A stretch of 32,000 nucleotides of DNA from an uncultured archaeon (GCA_964354495.1 CAYHAA010000015.1:46223-78222); one strand, 5' to 3'. Shown: positions 18,597 to 27,673, counted from the first letter of the stretch. The notes: generated by a model not told the origin, from the letters alone. A program made the numbers and translations.

Positions 18597-20255
18597 GTGG
18601 CCCGGTCTAGTGGCGTCACGATAGGTGTGAGAATTCCCATCAACTGGAACATCATGACGAAGCGGACTCAACAGAGGCTGCGCCAGATCGTTGGCAGGGA
18701 CACCAGAGTGATTCGTGCTCTTCTTGGTATAATTGAGGAGCACGAAGACGAGTTGTTGATGGGATACAATAGAGATAGAATCAATGTCGGCAAGCTCTGC
18801 CCTCTGACCTTGACTGCGCTCAAAGTGAGTTCGGGGTCTGAACAGAGAACAGAGGCCCTCCACGACCTCAAGGCTCGCTTTCCCCGCATCTCAGCAAACG
18901 AACTCAATGACTGTATCTTCACAGCCATCTCAATGTATGATAGTTATCTCAAGCTCAGAGCAAGGAAGAAGAGTGCGGCCTCGAGGCCCACTTCGTCAAG
19001 AGCAGTGCGGAGAATACCGCGGTGGATATTCTCTCGACGGTTCAAGATGGTTGAGGTGAAGACCAGAGCAGCAAGATGGTGGTTGAGGGTCATGGACTCG
19101 CTGGACTCTGCCCTTGAGGGTAGAAAGCAACACGACTATCTCAGTATACCTCTGAAGATGTCACCGTTTCATCTCAATCAGCTGGCGAAAGGTCAGGTGA
19201 AAGCACTACAGATATTCACTGATGGGAATCTCAAGTGGTGGGCATCTCTGGCAGTCCATCTTACATTGCCCCCTAAGAATGAAAGAGCACTTCCCGTTGC
19301 TATTCTCGGGATTGACTTGGGACTCAAGAAGGCTGCATGTTGCGCACTGCTAACGCCTGAGAAGACACGAGAAACGCGATACTTCAAACAAGAAGAGAAA
19401 CTTGATGCAATCAATCGTTACGAACTACTGGCAAGGAGTCTGCAGAGTGAGTTGGATATACGAAAGAGAGATGGACTGCAATACGATAAGATTGCTGCAC
19501 GGCTTCGGGCAATCAGGTTCAAACGAGGGAATATCTCGAAGGAGTATGACCGAGTACTGATTCGTCAGTTGATTGATTACATTTCCGAACTCTCCAAGAG
19601 ATACTATCTCTATGTGGCTGTCGGGCAATTGAAGAACATCCTCGTTGATGTAAGACGGGGGGACGGGAAAGGGAAGCGATTCAGGAGAGCTATGCATTCC
19701 TGGGCCTTCTCTAGAGTCACGAGGGATCTCAGGGAAGGTCTGGCGCAACTGGGCTGGAGTATTGCCGGCTCGAACGCTCGGTTTCGCGCGGTTCCCGAGG
19801 CCTGGACATCCATCATCTGCTGGAAGTGCGGAAACAAGGGCACACGCCCCAGACAGAACTACTTTCACTGCCCTGCGTGCGGCTACAAGACCAACGCCGA
19901 CAAGAACGGCAGTATCAACATCGCTGCACGCATGCTCACGCTCACAAAGTCACTTCACTCTGTGAGAGGACTAGGCCTGTGGAATAGGGCTCTATCCAGA
20001 GTTCGACATCCACGCCTGAAAGCTCAGGGGGAGGACACTCCGCTTGAGAAGTCCTTACTCTCCACAAGCGACCACTCATCAGGGTCCGGAGAGTCCGCGG
20101 CTGTTCACTTTGTTCAGACGAACCTTCTCAGCTTCAGTGATGAGGCTGGGTCGAGTGATCATGACCACGCCGTGGAAAGAACTGTGGAAACGCTCTCTGT
20201 CGCTGGGAATAATGATCCAGCATCGGGACAGGAGAAGGAAGCCAGGTCTACGTGA
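18597..20255 (+). CDS. tnpB: TnpB-family RNA-guided nuclease (IS200/IS605 OrfB) with a rearranged RuvC-II
   Basis: RuvC-I ILGIDLG (D at 19314), RuvC-II VAVGQL (G at 19623), VPEAWTS (E at 19797), zinc finger CWKC/CPAC and RuvC-III NADKNGSINIA (D at 19899). Start set at GTG 18597, 7 nt after GGAGGT, rather than the track's 18489. Confidence 0.92.
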   Translation: MARSSGVTIGVRIPINWNIMTKRTQQRLRQIVGRDTRVIRALLGIIEEHEDELLMGYNRDRINVGKLCPLTLTALKVSSGSEQRTEALHDLKARFPRISANELNDCIFTAISMYDSYLKLRARKKSAASRPTSSRAVRRIPRWIFSRRFKMVEVKTRAARWWLRVMDSLDSALEGRKQHDYLSIPLKMSPFHLNQLAKGQVKALQIFTDGNLKWWASLAVHLTLPPKNERALPVAILGIDLGLKKAACCALLTPEKTRETRYFKQEEKLDAINRYELLARSLQSELDIRKRDGLQYDKIAARLRAIRFKRGNISKEYDRVLIRQLIDYISELSKRYYLYVAVGQLKNILVDVRRGDGKGKRFRRAMHSWAFSRVTRDLREGLAQLGWSIAGSNARFRAVPEAWTSIICWKCGNKGTRPRQNYFHCPACGYKTNADKNGSINIAARMLTLTKSLHSVRGLGLWNRALSRVRHPRLKAQGEDTPLEKSLLSTSDHSSGSGESAAVHFVQTNLLSFSDEAGSSDHDHAVERTVETLSVAGNNDPASGQEKEARST

Positions 20256-20430
20256 GGGACTCGGTCCCAATGACGGTAGACAGCGCTCCTGCTAATTCTG
20301 GACCTCTGCGGAGGTCTGGAAGGTGGCGACACTGGCAGGAGAAGGGCAGAACACAGTGGTTTCTTATCACTACGCTCTGGCAACGGACGAGTGATAATGG
20401 ACAGGTTATTTGTAGCTTAGCGGTTCATTC
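20246..20430 (+). ncRNA. Candidate omega/reRNA scaffold at the tnpB 3' end (boundaries uncertain; may begin inside the CDS)
   Basis: Three nested stem-loops: GTCTAC/GTAGAC enclosing GGGAC-TCG-GTCCC (20246-20281); CTCCTGC/GCAGGAG enclosing TCTGGACCTC-TGCG-GAGGTCTGGA (20286-20341); TTATCACT/AGTGATAA enclosing TCTG-GCAA-CGGA (20364-20397). TnpB guide RNAs are known to be encoded at this position. Confidence 0.65.
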
Positions 20431-20739
20431 ATGATGGAAAGTCTAGCCAATAATTATTTCGCAAGAAAAAGAGAATGGAGCCCCAGGCGAGATTTGTTCC
20501 ACCTTGAGTGAATCTCATTGTGCTTGAACTCGCGGCTTCCTCCTTACCAAGGAGGCGGTCTAACCGGTCTGAACTACTGGGGCCCGTCTGTATGAGGAGG
20601 GCGACCAGAATTCTGAGATAAAGGTTTCGAAGAGGTGATGCAACATAGAGAACCAAGTACTAACCATGAGGTATACAAGACACGTTTCTTCCTTTGAAGA
20701 TGACCCAGAACTGTAGCTCTCCGTTCTCAAGACTGTTGT

Positions 20740-21537
20740 TCACTGCAGAGGGGGTTCGCGCAAGTCTGTCAATCTTACCTCGCCCTTTGTGACAAACATC
20801 TGGTACAAACCGCCATAAAATAGAAGTTTCAGCTTGCTGAATTGCTCGTACATTTCATCTAGTAAAGCAAAGTCCAGTTCTTTTCTTCCTTCATTATGCT
20901 TCATGAAATCCTCCAATGAAACTCGAGGTACATAGTCTTCTGTTCCATATTCTGGTGGCAACAAATACTTTGCTTTCCAGTACCAAAACTCGCCGATTCT
21001 TCTATGCATCTCATAGTAATAATCCAGAACCATGCGTGCAAAACGTTGTCTGAATGGCGGCTCAGGCGGTTCTGGACATTTCAGTAGGAGGTTACGCACC
21101 GTCTGCCTACTCCATCCTAATTGCTTCGCAGCTCTCCCCATAGAACCCGGTTCTGATTTCTCGGTATCAGGTGACCAACCGTGCCCTTTGAGCGCCATAT
21201 GCATTCGGTATAGTTTCCACTCCTTCTTCCTTCCACTCTTCTCCCAATCTTCGAGTTTACCTTCTGCTTGCGTGTACCAGTAATATGAAGGTGGGTTTTC
21301 CTTTCCGTTTCGAACGATTTCGCTGACGTACACATAATTGAATAATTCTCTGGGTGTGACAGAATCCTCGAACTCTTCTACTGCGGGATACGAGGAGAAC
21401 CCCTGTTTGCGAAGGTCATCTAGGCTGTATTTTTTAGCAACTTGCCAATAAGCAAGCAGAGTACTCACTATGGAATTCGAAGAAATCTGATACTCTCCTT
21501 CTTCCAGCTTCCAAAATCCCTCTTTCGTTATGATCAT
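20740..21537 (-). CDS. Hypothetical protein with a central HTH
   Basis: GSMGRAAKQLGWSRQTVRNLL is a Fis-like HTH. The ATG at 21537 is preferred because a TTTTATAT TATA-like box lies about 40 nt upstream. Confidence 0.7.
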   Translation of the reverse strand: MIITKEGFWKLEEGEYQISSNSIVSTLLAYWQVAKKYSLDDLRKQGFSSYPAVEEFEDSVTPRELFNYVYVSEIVRNGKENPPSYYWYTQAEGKLEDWEKSGRKKEWKLYRMHMALKGHGWSPDTEKSEPGSMGRAAKQLGWSRQTVRNLLLKCPEPPEPPFRQRFARMVLDYYYEMHRRIGEFWYWKAKYLLPPEYGTEDYVPRVSLEDFMKHNEGRKELDFALLDEMYEQFSKLKLLFYGGLYQMFVTKGEVRLTDLREPPLQ

Positions 21538-21892
21538 GCTTCTTGTCCCGTTACTAATAATCCGTAGAGGCAATATAAAATGACACTATGGGTAGAAGAG
21601 AGTGATAGTCTTGCACTATTAGATATGGTTGACAGATAGAAGACGAGCATGACACGACTCTGAGATAGAAGTCTCGAAGAGGTGATTCAACTGAGTCATG
21701 GTTACGTGGAAAAGAATCAAAGCTGTATATCGGCCGGAGCTCCACTCTCGCTACTTCTCGATTCTTCTATCGAAGGCTCTCTGAAACGCCTCATCGAAGT
21801 AGTCTAATGCCTTGGCCACCGCTCCTGGAATCATATATGCAAATCCTCTGCTTTGAATATCTATTCTTAAATTCCCTAGTGAACTTCAGACA

Positions 21893-22453
21893 ATGAACAC
21901 GATGGTAGAACCAGAGAGTAATCTTGCAGATGCAATCAATCTACTTCAACTGGAATGGAGGGGAGTAAGAATCAGAATCAAAGAACCACCTGAGATTCAC
22001 AGAAGAAGTGCCGGAGAGTACTCTTTTTTCTCACATGAAATAGCATTGCAGAAGGCAATCATACCATACTGGTTTGTTACACTGACCACTCTGTTGCATG
22101 AGTATGGGCACCATCAGCAACGATTTCTTGTATACGTGATATTTCTTTTGTCCATAATCCTAGGTATTGGTGTTTATGCAGTGAATTCCTTCATTCCATA
22201 TGCTCATTATGTCATGCTATATGGATTAACTCTGGGTCCACTCTTCGTTTCCGTAGTAATCCTGAAGATATTTCACTTTGAGCAGGATGCGGACAGACAT
22301 ATGATCAGGATAATTCCCGATGTCATTATCTTGGTACTATCACAAATCGAGGCAATTGAGATTGCTGGTGATATCGGGAAAGAAAGTCTTCAGAGAACTA
22401 TGATGGACCTCCACAGAGAGATGAGGAGGTTCTTCCCAGAATTGCTCGGATAG
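21893..22453 (+). CDS. Small membrane zinc metalloprotease (M48/M56-like motifs)
   Basis: TTLLHEYGHH, two TM helices, then HFEQDAD (ExxAD). Confidence 0.7.
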   Translation: MNTMVEPESNLADAINLLQLEWRGVRIRIKEPPEIHRRSAGEYSFFSHEIALQKAIIPYWFVTLTTLLHEYGHHQQRFLVYVIFLLSIILGIGVYAVNSFIPYAHYVMLYGLTLGPLFVSVVILKIFHFEQDADRHMIRIIPDVIILVLSQIEAIEIAGDIGKESLQRTMMDLHREMRRFFPELLG

Positions 22454-22767
22454 GCCTCAGATGATTGATTCTCGTGTCTTCTCTGCCGTATGATGCACTC
22501 TTCTCTGTTGAACAACTCCCAGAAGAGCAGAAGTACAATGATAGACACCACTTGCTGGCAATTCTGTGCCGCTTCAAGATGTGAATTGATTTACCACTCA
22601 AGCCAATCTCCAATGCTGGTTATCATGCTGGCATATCCTCGATGGACACTAAAGGCCTGTAGATAGTAGAGCTCTTGATGTATCATGGTGTAGAAGAAAG
22701 TGGGAAGGTTATTATTTCGGAATCGTTCTGTGAACATGGTGAAGTTCACTTGGGTACAGGCGACGCA

Positions 22768-22965
22768 ATGATTATGCTTGGCATAATGTTTGCGGTAACC
22801 GGAATCTTCGGGTCTTATTTGATCCCGGGGAACGTGATTTCATTTATCGATGTAGAGCTGCAATTACCAGAAGGAACATCATCTGTGCAGTGGATGCTTT
22901 TCATACTAGGTATCACGCTAATTGTAACTGGTGCCGGAATCAAAAAGCGTGAGTTCAAAACATAA
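22768..22965 (+). CDS. Small 2-TM membrane protein
   Basis: Two hydrophobic helices and a KKRE tail. The track start is 22675; the ATG at 22768 is more plausible. Confidence 0.5.
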   Translation: MIMLGIMFAVTGIFGSYLIPGNVISFIDVELQLPEGTSSVQWMLFILGITLIVTGAGIKKREFKT

Positions 22966-23136
22966 GAATAGCTCGCTTGTAGAGTAATAGCATGACTCTG
23001 GCGACTCGTTCACGTTACATGCTCTCAATTACGATACTCCTCTTCTGCCACCATTCCCTGTTTGTTTCCAATCTCTCTTCTCGTTTCAATTGAGTAGTAC
23101 TCTTTTATTGAGTGGAGTGGTAGTTGAGCCAATCGA

Positions 23137-24582
23137 ATGATGCCCGAAGTACACAGAAAGGAAATCATTGGTCAGGAGAATCTCCAGTCCTACTTCCAAA
23201 ACGAAGTGACCAAGAGATGGAAGCAACTAGAAAGAAAGTATTCCAACGCAAAGGGGAGAATTCTCCTTGCGCTACTTCTCATGCTTACTGACATCTCGCA
23301 CACACTCAAGAGAGGTGATGAAATTGACCAAGCGGATTATCTACGATTGCCGATGTTACTTAATACACTGGATGAACTCCTGATTCATGGCTGGAATATC
23401 ATTGAGCACCGACTGCCCATTGAGATTCAAACCTACATTGACCAAGTGGTACATGAGTTCTTGCCGCTCGGCTACATAAAGAATAGAGCCATGGAGAGTA
23501 TGGCATTTCAGGAAGAGAATCTTGTTCTAGAAGAGAGGATGAAGCCACACGAGCTGCCCCTACTATCTGAGCCTGCGTTCAATGACTGGACAGAGCACTT
23601 CACCTCTGATGGTGCTTGGCACGACTTCTATTATTCCAGGTCTGAAAGGTTCAGAGAATTGAGTGATGTATTGAAGGAGGAGTTCCATATGGAGTATGGA
23701 ATCACACCTCAACAACTCATAGCGTTCGAATTCGCGATGGAGAAGACTGCCAGAGAACAGCGCGACCTTGGCGGAAACCTGCCTCTTCCTTTTGACCCTG
23801 AGAAACTGCTCGCAGAAATGATAAGAATAATGAGCAGAGAAGGTCCGATTGAAGAAGAAGTCGCTAGGAGAATCCTAGGCGAACTTGAATATGCACCTGG
23901 AAAACACTGGGCACGTTCCCCTCTCGTTGAGGTAAGAATAGGACAAGAAGTACGATACACGCCAATCCTTCCATCAATGTTCATTGAAGGAGTCATAAGC
24001 ACAGCGTGGTTGGAACATTTCAAGAAAAGTACACGTGGATCCAGATTCCAGGGAATGATAAACAATGATTGGGGAAAGCGATTCGAGGAATATGTGCGAG
24101 AAACCCTAAGGCTTCACACCAATCTCACTGTGAATCCGGGACATTTGAAAATCAAGAAGAAGAGATACCCTAATCTCATAGACTGTGTGCTAAACCCGAT
24201 GCCAGAAATCGACGTAGTAGCACAATCGAAGGATACTGTCTATCTGGTTTCCTGCAAAGCCCTGAATGAATCAATCTCGATTAGACTCTTATTGACCTTC
24301 TATCTCTTCGATTACAAGACCTTTGCAAAGAAAATAGAGCTTGATTTGCAGTACGCTGAGGAAATTAGTGTTCTTGCCAAGTGCATAAGAAAGTCAACAG
24401 ACTTTCTAAAAGACAGAGGGTTTGGGTGTAAGGAAATAGTACCCCTGCTAGTCACTCCTGACTTGGAGCCACTTGGGATTGAGTCAGTCAGACAGTGGTG
24501 CCTTGATATGAAGATAGCACATTCCATTCCTGAAGCCAGAGTCATTCAAGCCAAGGCATTGAGAGATTTCCATTTTGACTGA
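23137..24582 (+). CDS. Hypothetical protein with a C-terminal PD-(D/E)XK-like domain
   Basis: WGKRFEEYV...PEIDVVAQSKDTVYLVSCK matches a restriction-endonuclease-fold pattern with S in place of the second acidic residue. Confidence 0.65.
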   Translation: MMPEVHRKEIIGQENLQSYFQNEVTKRWKQLERKYSNAKGRILLALLLMLTDISHTLKRGDEIDQADYLRLPMLLNTLDELLIHGWNIIEHRLPIEIQTYIDQVVHEFLPLGYIKNRAMESMAFQEENLVLEERMKPHELPLLSEPAFNDWTEHFTSDGAWHDFYYSRSERFRELSDVLKEEFHMEYGITPQQLIAFEFAMEKTAREQRDLGGNLPLPFDPEKLLAEMIRIMSREGPIEEEVARRILGELEYAPGKHWARSPLVEVRIGQEVRYTPILPSMFIEGVISTAWLEHFKKSTRGSRFQGMINNDWGKRFEEYVRETLRLHTNLTVNPGHLKIKKKRYPNLIDCVLNPMPEIDVVAQSKDTVYLVSCKALNESISIRLLLTFYLFDYKTFAKKIELDLQYAEEISVLAKCIRKSTDFLKDRGFGCKEIVPLLVTPDLEPLGIESVRQWCLDMKIAHSIPEARVIQAKALRDFHFD

Positions 24583-24744
24583 TCTACGAGATTGTTGCAC
24601 AGATTATGGCTCTCATAAGGTGTCCACTATGAAGAATCACAGATTCACTCCTCCACGAAAAGCATTTGGTCCTCGGGTCATATGTAATATACACATTCAT
24701 TTCTATCAAGTAGTAGAACTATTCAGTTACGGGGTGCTTTATCT

Positions 24745-25869
24745 TTGTCAGAGAGCGATGAGAAACTGATGAAAGGCATCATTGAACTTGATAGGGGCAA
24801 TGATGGTAAGGCATTTGGTTATTTCAAGGATGTATTTGAAGATCGACAGGAGCGACTTCTGAAGAAAGTGCAGGACAATCCTAAGTCACCAACGCTGATG
24901 TTAGATGCTATATATATGCTCCACGCACTTGTCTGGCTTAGAGTGGCTGAGGCAGGAAAAGAAAGGAAGCAAGGCGTCGAACTCCTTGGCAAGGCAGTGG
25001 GGACTGTTGAAACTGCAAGAACGGCACTTGGGCCACTAGTGACAGGTCTGGCTCAATGGGCAAAGGAGAAGAACATTACTCAGGTTCGCAACAAGGCCCT
25101 CGGTTTGCTCGCAGCAACGAAGGATCTTGAGGACATGGCTAAGAAGGCACTTGAATCGAGCAGAAAGGAAACTTTCAAACAAGACCACCACGAAGAGATG
25201 CGAAGAAATATTCCAGACAGTCTGCTTGAACCATATGGTGAAATGGCTTTCAGTCAAGATGATGAAGAAGAAGAAACGCAGGAAGATATTCCTGAGAGTT
25301 CTGTAATGGAAAACGAGCAAGCACTAGCAGGTCCCAAGCAACGAGTCGATCTTGACCAGCTTGTTTGTGACTTCAGAGTTATGATAGATACAAGTGCGCT
25401 AATGTTTGAAACTGCAGAGCAGTTCTTTTTGAATGTTTTTCGCGAAAAACTCGCCCAATATGGAAAACACCTTATTCTTATCTCAAAGGTCAGACAGGAA
25501 CTGGAGAAGCACGCAAATGGTAGCGATTACGAAAAGGAATCCAGAGCGAAGGCAGGTCTAAAAGTTCTGGATACCTATGACAGTGAGGGTTTGTTAGAGG
25601 AATATGGCGAGGCCAACGACCCATTTGCAGATTTGGAGTTCATTACCATCTTCACCAAATACAGGACAAAATATAACTTGTCATTGATAACTCAAGACAA
25701 TAAGCTTACCAGAGATACCAAGCGACTTGAAGAGTTTGAGGCTGTTGAGAGCAGCAAAAGGAGGTGGGTGTTGGGATTGAACAAGGGAGGCAGTCTCGTT
25801 ACAAGGTGGAAATCTTGGGAGTCATCGGAAAGCAGGTCATCGAAAAGGAAGTCATGGGATGAATTTTAG
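24745..25869 (+). CDS. Helical (TPR-like) N-domain, acidic linker and PIN ribonuclease domain
   Basis: PIN residues: VMIDTSALM, KVRQELEKH, ADLEFI and LITQDNKL. Confidence 0.8.
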   Translation: MSESDEKLMKGIIELDRGNDGKAFGYFKDVFEDRQERLLKKVQDNPKSPTLMLDAIYMLHALVWLRVAEAGKERKQGVELLGKAVGTVETARTALGPLVTGLAQWAKEKNITQVRNKALGLLAATKDLEDMAKKALESSRKETFKQDHHEEMRRNIPDSLLEPYGEMAFSQDDEEEETQEDIPESSVMENEQALAGPKQRVDLDQLVCDFRVMIDTSALMFETAEQFFLNVFREKLAQYGKHLILISKVRQELEKHANGSDYEKESRAKAGLKVLDTYDSEGLLEEYGEANDPFADLEFITIFTKYRTKYNLSLITQDNKLTRDTKRLEEFEAVESSKRRWVLGLNKGGSLVTRWKSWESSESRSSKRKSWDEF

Positions 25870-26250
25870 GATTCTGTCTTTGGACTGGTCAACTAGTGGA
25901 GCAGACCGTTCATACAATCGATGGAGTCAAGGTAAGATAAGAGCAACGGAAGAATAGATAGTGCTATCCTTGCTTAGTTGGACATGAATACTCTCAGAGG
26001 AGAAATCGCTAGTAATAAGAAATGCCTCGCACTTACGGATTTGAATGGTGGTCGAATTACTTTCTACAGCACAAGAAAGGAAATCGGTCACGAGCCAACT
26101 GCTATCAGTACTAGAGAATTGTCATCGCGGGGTGGAATTGCCAACTGTCATACACTATCCTTTTCTTCCCTAGTTCTGGGCGACTCTTTCTGTATTGCCC
26201 GATTATGATCATTGAAATAAGGAATCCCTATAGAATGTTGACGGTAACGT

Positions 26251-26488
26251 CTAATCCCTTTGTCCCCACTTCTTGTAGGTGTACCACATTGCCCACAAAA
26301 TGAGAACAATCACCAATAACACTTACCCAAAACAGCCACATTTCAGTGATTGCCGTTGAGTAGTTCCCGGTTTCAATACGATTGGTTTCAAGGGAGAAGA
26401 ATAGAAATAGGAAAATCACGAAGACAGTTGTCACTCGGCGATATGCGACTTTTTCTCCTGACCTAAAAGCAGCTGGTGTGTAAGGCAT
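26251..26488 (-). pseudogene. Frameshifted small 2-TM membrane protein
   Basis: MPYTP...TTVFVIFLFLFFSL...LFWVSVIG continues in the +1 frame as VLLVIVLILWAMWYTYKKWGQRD*. The span is 238 nt (3n+1). Confidence 0.45.
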
Positions 26489-26691
26489 TTTACCTTGCCG
26501 CAGTAGGCTGCGTATCCGCCTTCTTACAATATGGAGCGATATAATAGAGTTCTTTGTGCATATCTCACTTCTCTTTCCTATTGTACTGAATGTGTAACTG
26601 GACAACAAATGACAATAAAGAAATCAGAGGTTTCTTATCTTATAGGAGACTGTAGACAACACACTTAGCACCTTTGGAGAGGTAGTATGGT

Positions 26692-26882
26692 ATGTTACAA
26701 TTTGATCCTGCAAATCCGTTGACTCTGATAGCAATTATTGGGCTCGTAATTCTTTAGCTATCATCATATCCGTTGAAGTAATGAGCCCTCATTGTGGAAA
26801 ATCCGCTTGTTGTATTGGCTATGCGATAATAGGCACAGCATTAGTGTTCTTGCCGCTTATGCAAATGGGTGTTTTTGGCTAG
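26692..26882 (+). pseudogene. Frameshifted small 2-TM membrane protein
   Basis: MLQFDPANPLTLIAIIGLVIL* continues in another frame as LAIIISVEVMSPHCGKSACCIGYAIIGTALVFLPLMQMGVFG*. The span is 191 nt (3n-1); GGAGAGG lies upstream. Confidence 0.5.
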
Positions 26883-27054
26883 GTCAAACGAAGCAGCAGA
26901 TTACTACGCTAAGACTGGAACAAAGCCATAACATCCCATCTGCTGGGTTCTGGACAAGGTCGGAGGGCACATGGATGAACCCGACTAGCCCTTGGCTAAT
27001 TCATCGAATTGAGTAGGTCCTTGTTGAAAATTGAAAAATAAAATAATGAGGGGG

Positions 27055-27270
27055 CTACGCGTGGCCCCCGAGGTGCTTTAAAACTGCGAGGCATGCTATT
27101 CTTCTTTCAGAAGGTATAGCACCAGCTTCCTGAAGAAACGTAGCACTAACGCGTTCTCCCGATAAGGAGTAACTACGCGCTGCATCCGTCTTCAGCTGGC
27201 GCATAGCAAACCAGCCAACTAGAATCTGTAAAACCGCGAGGGTAAAGATTATAGTTTCCGTTTTTTTCAC
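27055..27270 (-). CDS. Small hypothetical protein with an N-terminal TM
   Basis: One hydrophobic helix; otherwise weak support. Confidence 0.3.
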   Translation of the reverse strand: MKKTETIIFTLAVLQILVGWFAMRQLKTDAARSYSLSGERVSATFLQEAGAIPSERRIACLAVLKHLGGHA

Positions 27271-27394
27271 CTCAAGTTTCTTCTTGATAAGTTAGTATTT
27301 CAACGCATTTGGCATCTCAATATTCAGAAAGTTGGGTTTCTGAACTCACTTCCGTTGGATGAAGAATCAATGCAGTAAAAAAAAGAACAATCCG

Positions 27395-27673
27395 TCATAC
27401 GATTGATGCAATCAGCAGCGAAACAAATAGCACATGAAGACTGAGAAAGACCAGCATCAGTGTCGTAGAGATGATGCCCACATGCCACAGCCACGAGAGA
27501 TCATCTTGCTGTCGAAATATAAGCGGCGGAATGGCCATCCCGACTGCTATTACAACGAAAGCAGTGACAACGAGGCCGCCTGTCCAAAGGTCATTGTACT
27601 GCAACGGAGGAATTTGATTCGTCAGGGCTAAGTAGCTGAATGTGAATCCCCAGCTTATTGCAACGCATACCAT
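27395..27673 (-). CDS. Small 3-TM membrane protein
   Basis: Three hydrophobic helices in 92 aa. Confidence 0.6.
   Translation of the reverse strand: MVCVAISWGFTFSYLALTNQIPPLQYNDLWTGGLVVTAFVVIAVGMAIPPLIFRQQDDLSWLWHVGIISTTLMLVFLSLHVLFVSLLIASIV

Larger units (their letters stand above)
18500..20430 (+). mobile_element. Solo tnpB (IS1341-like) element without tnpA; ends approximate
   Basis: tnpB plus structured 3' end. No Y1 (HUH) or serine recombinase ORF nearby. The left end could not be defined precisely. Confidence 0.55.

Noticed and set aside
19623-19625. Calling the TnpB nuclease-dead (TldR-like) because RuvC-II lacks Glu
   Set aside because: A compensating Glu is present in VPEAWTS and both Asp residues are intact, which fits the known active rearranged class better. 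It is not formally excluded.
20429-20656. 75-aa minus ORF abutting the putative right end
   Set aside because: TTG start immediately after a stop and no family signal; it could be a gene fragment but is unsupported.
21751-21834. 27-aa minus ORF (MIPGAVAKALDYFDEAF...) resembling the N-terminus of the PIN fusion
   Set aside because: The similarity is only a generic TPR-like pattern over about 20 aa, too short to support homology or a pseudogene call.
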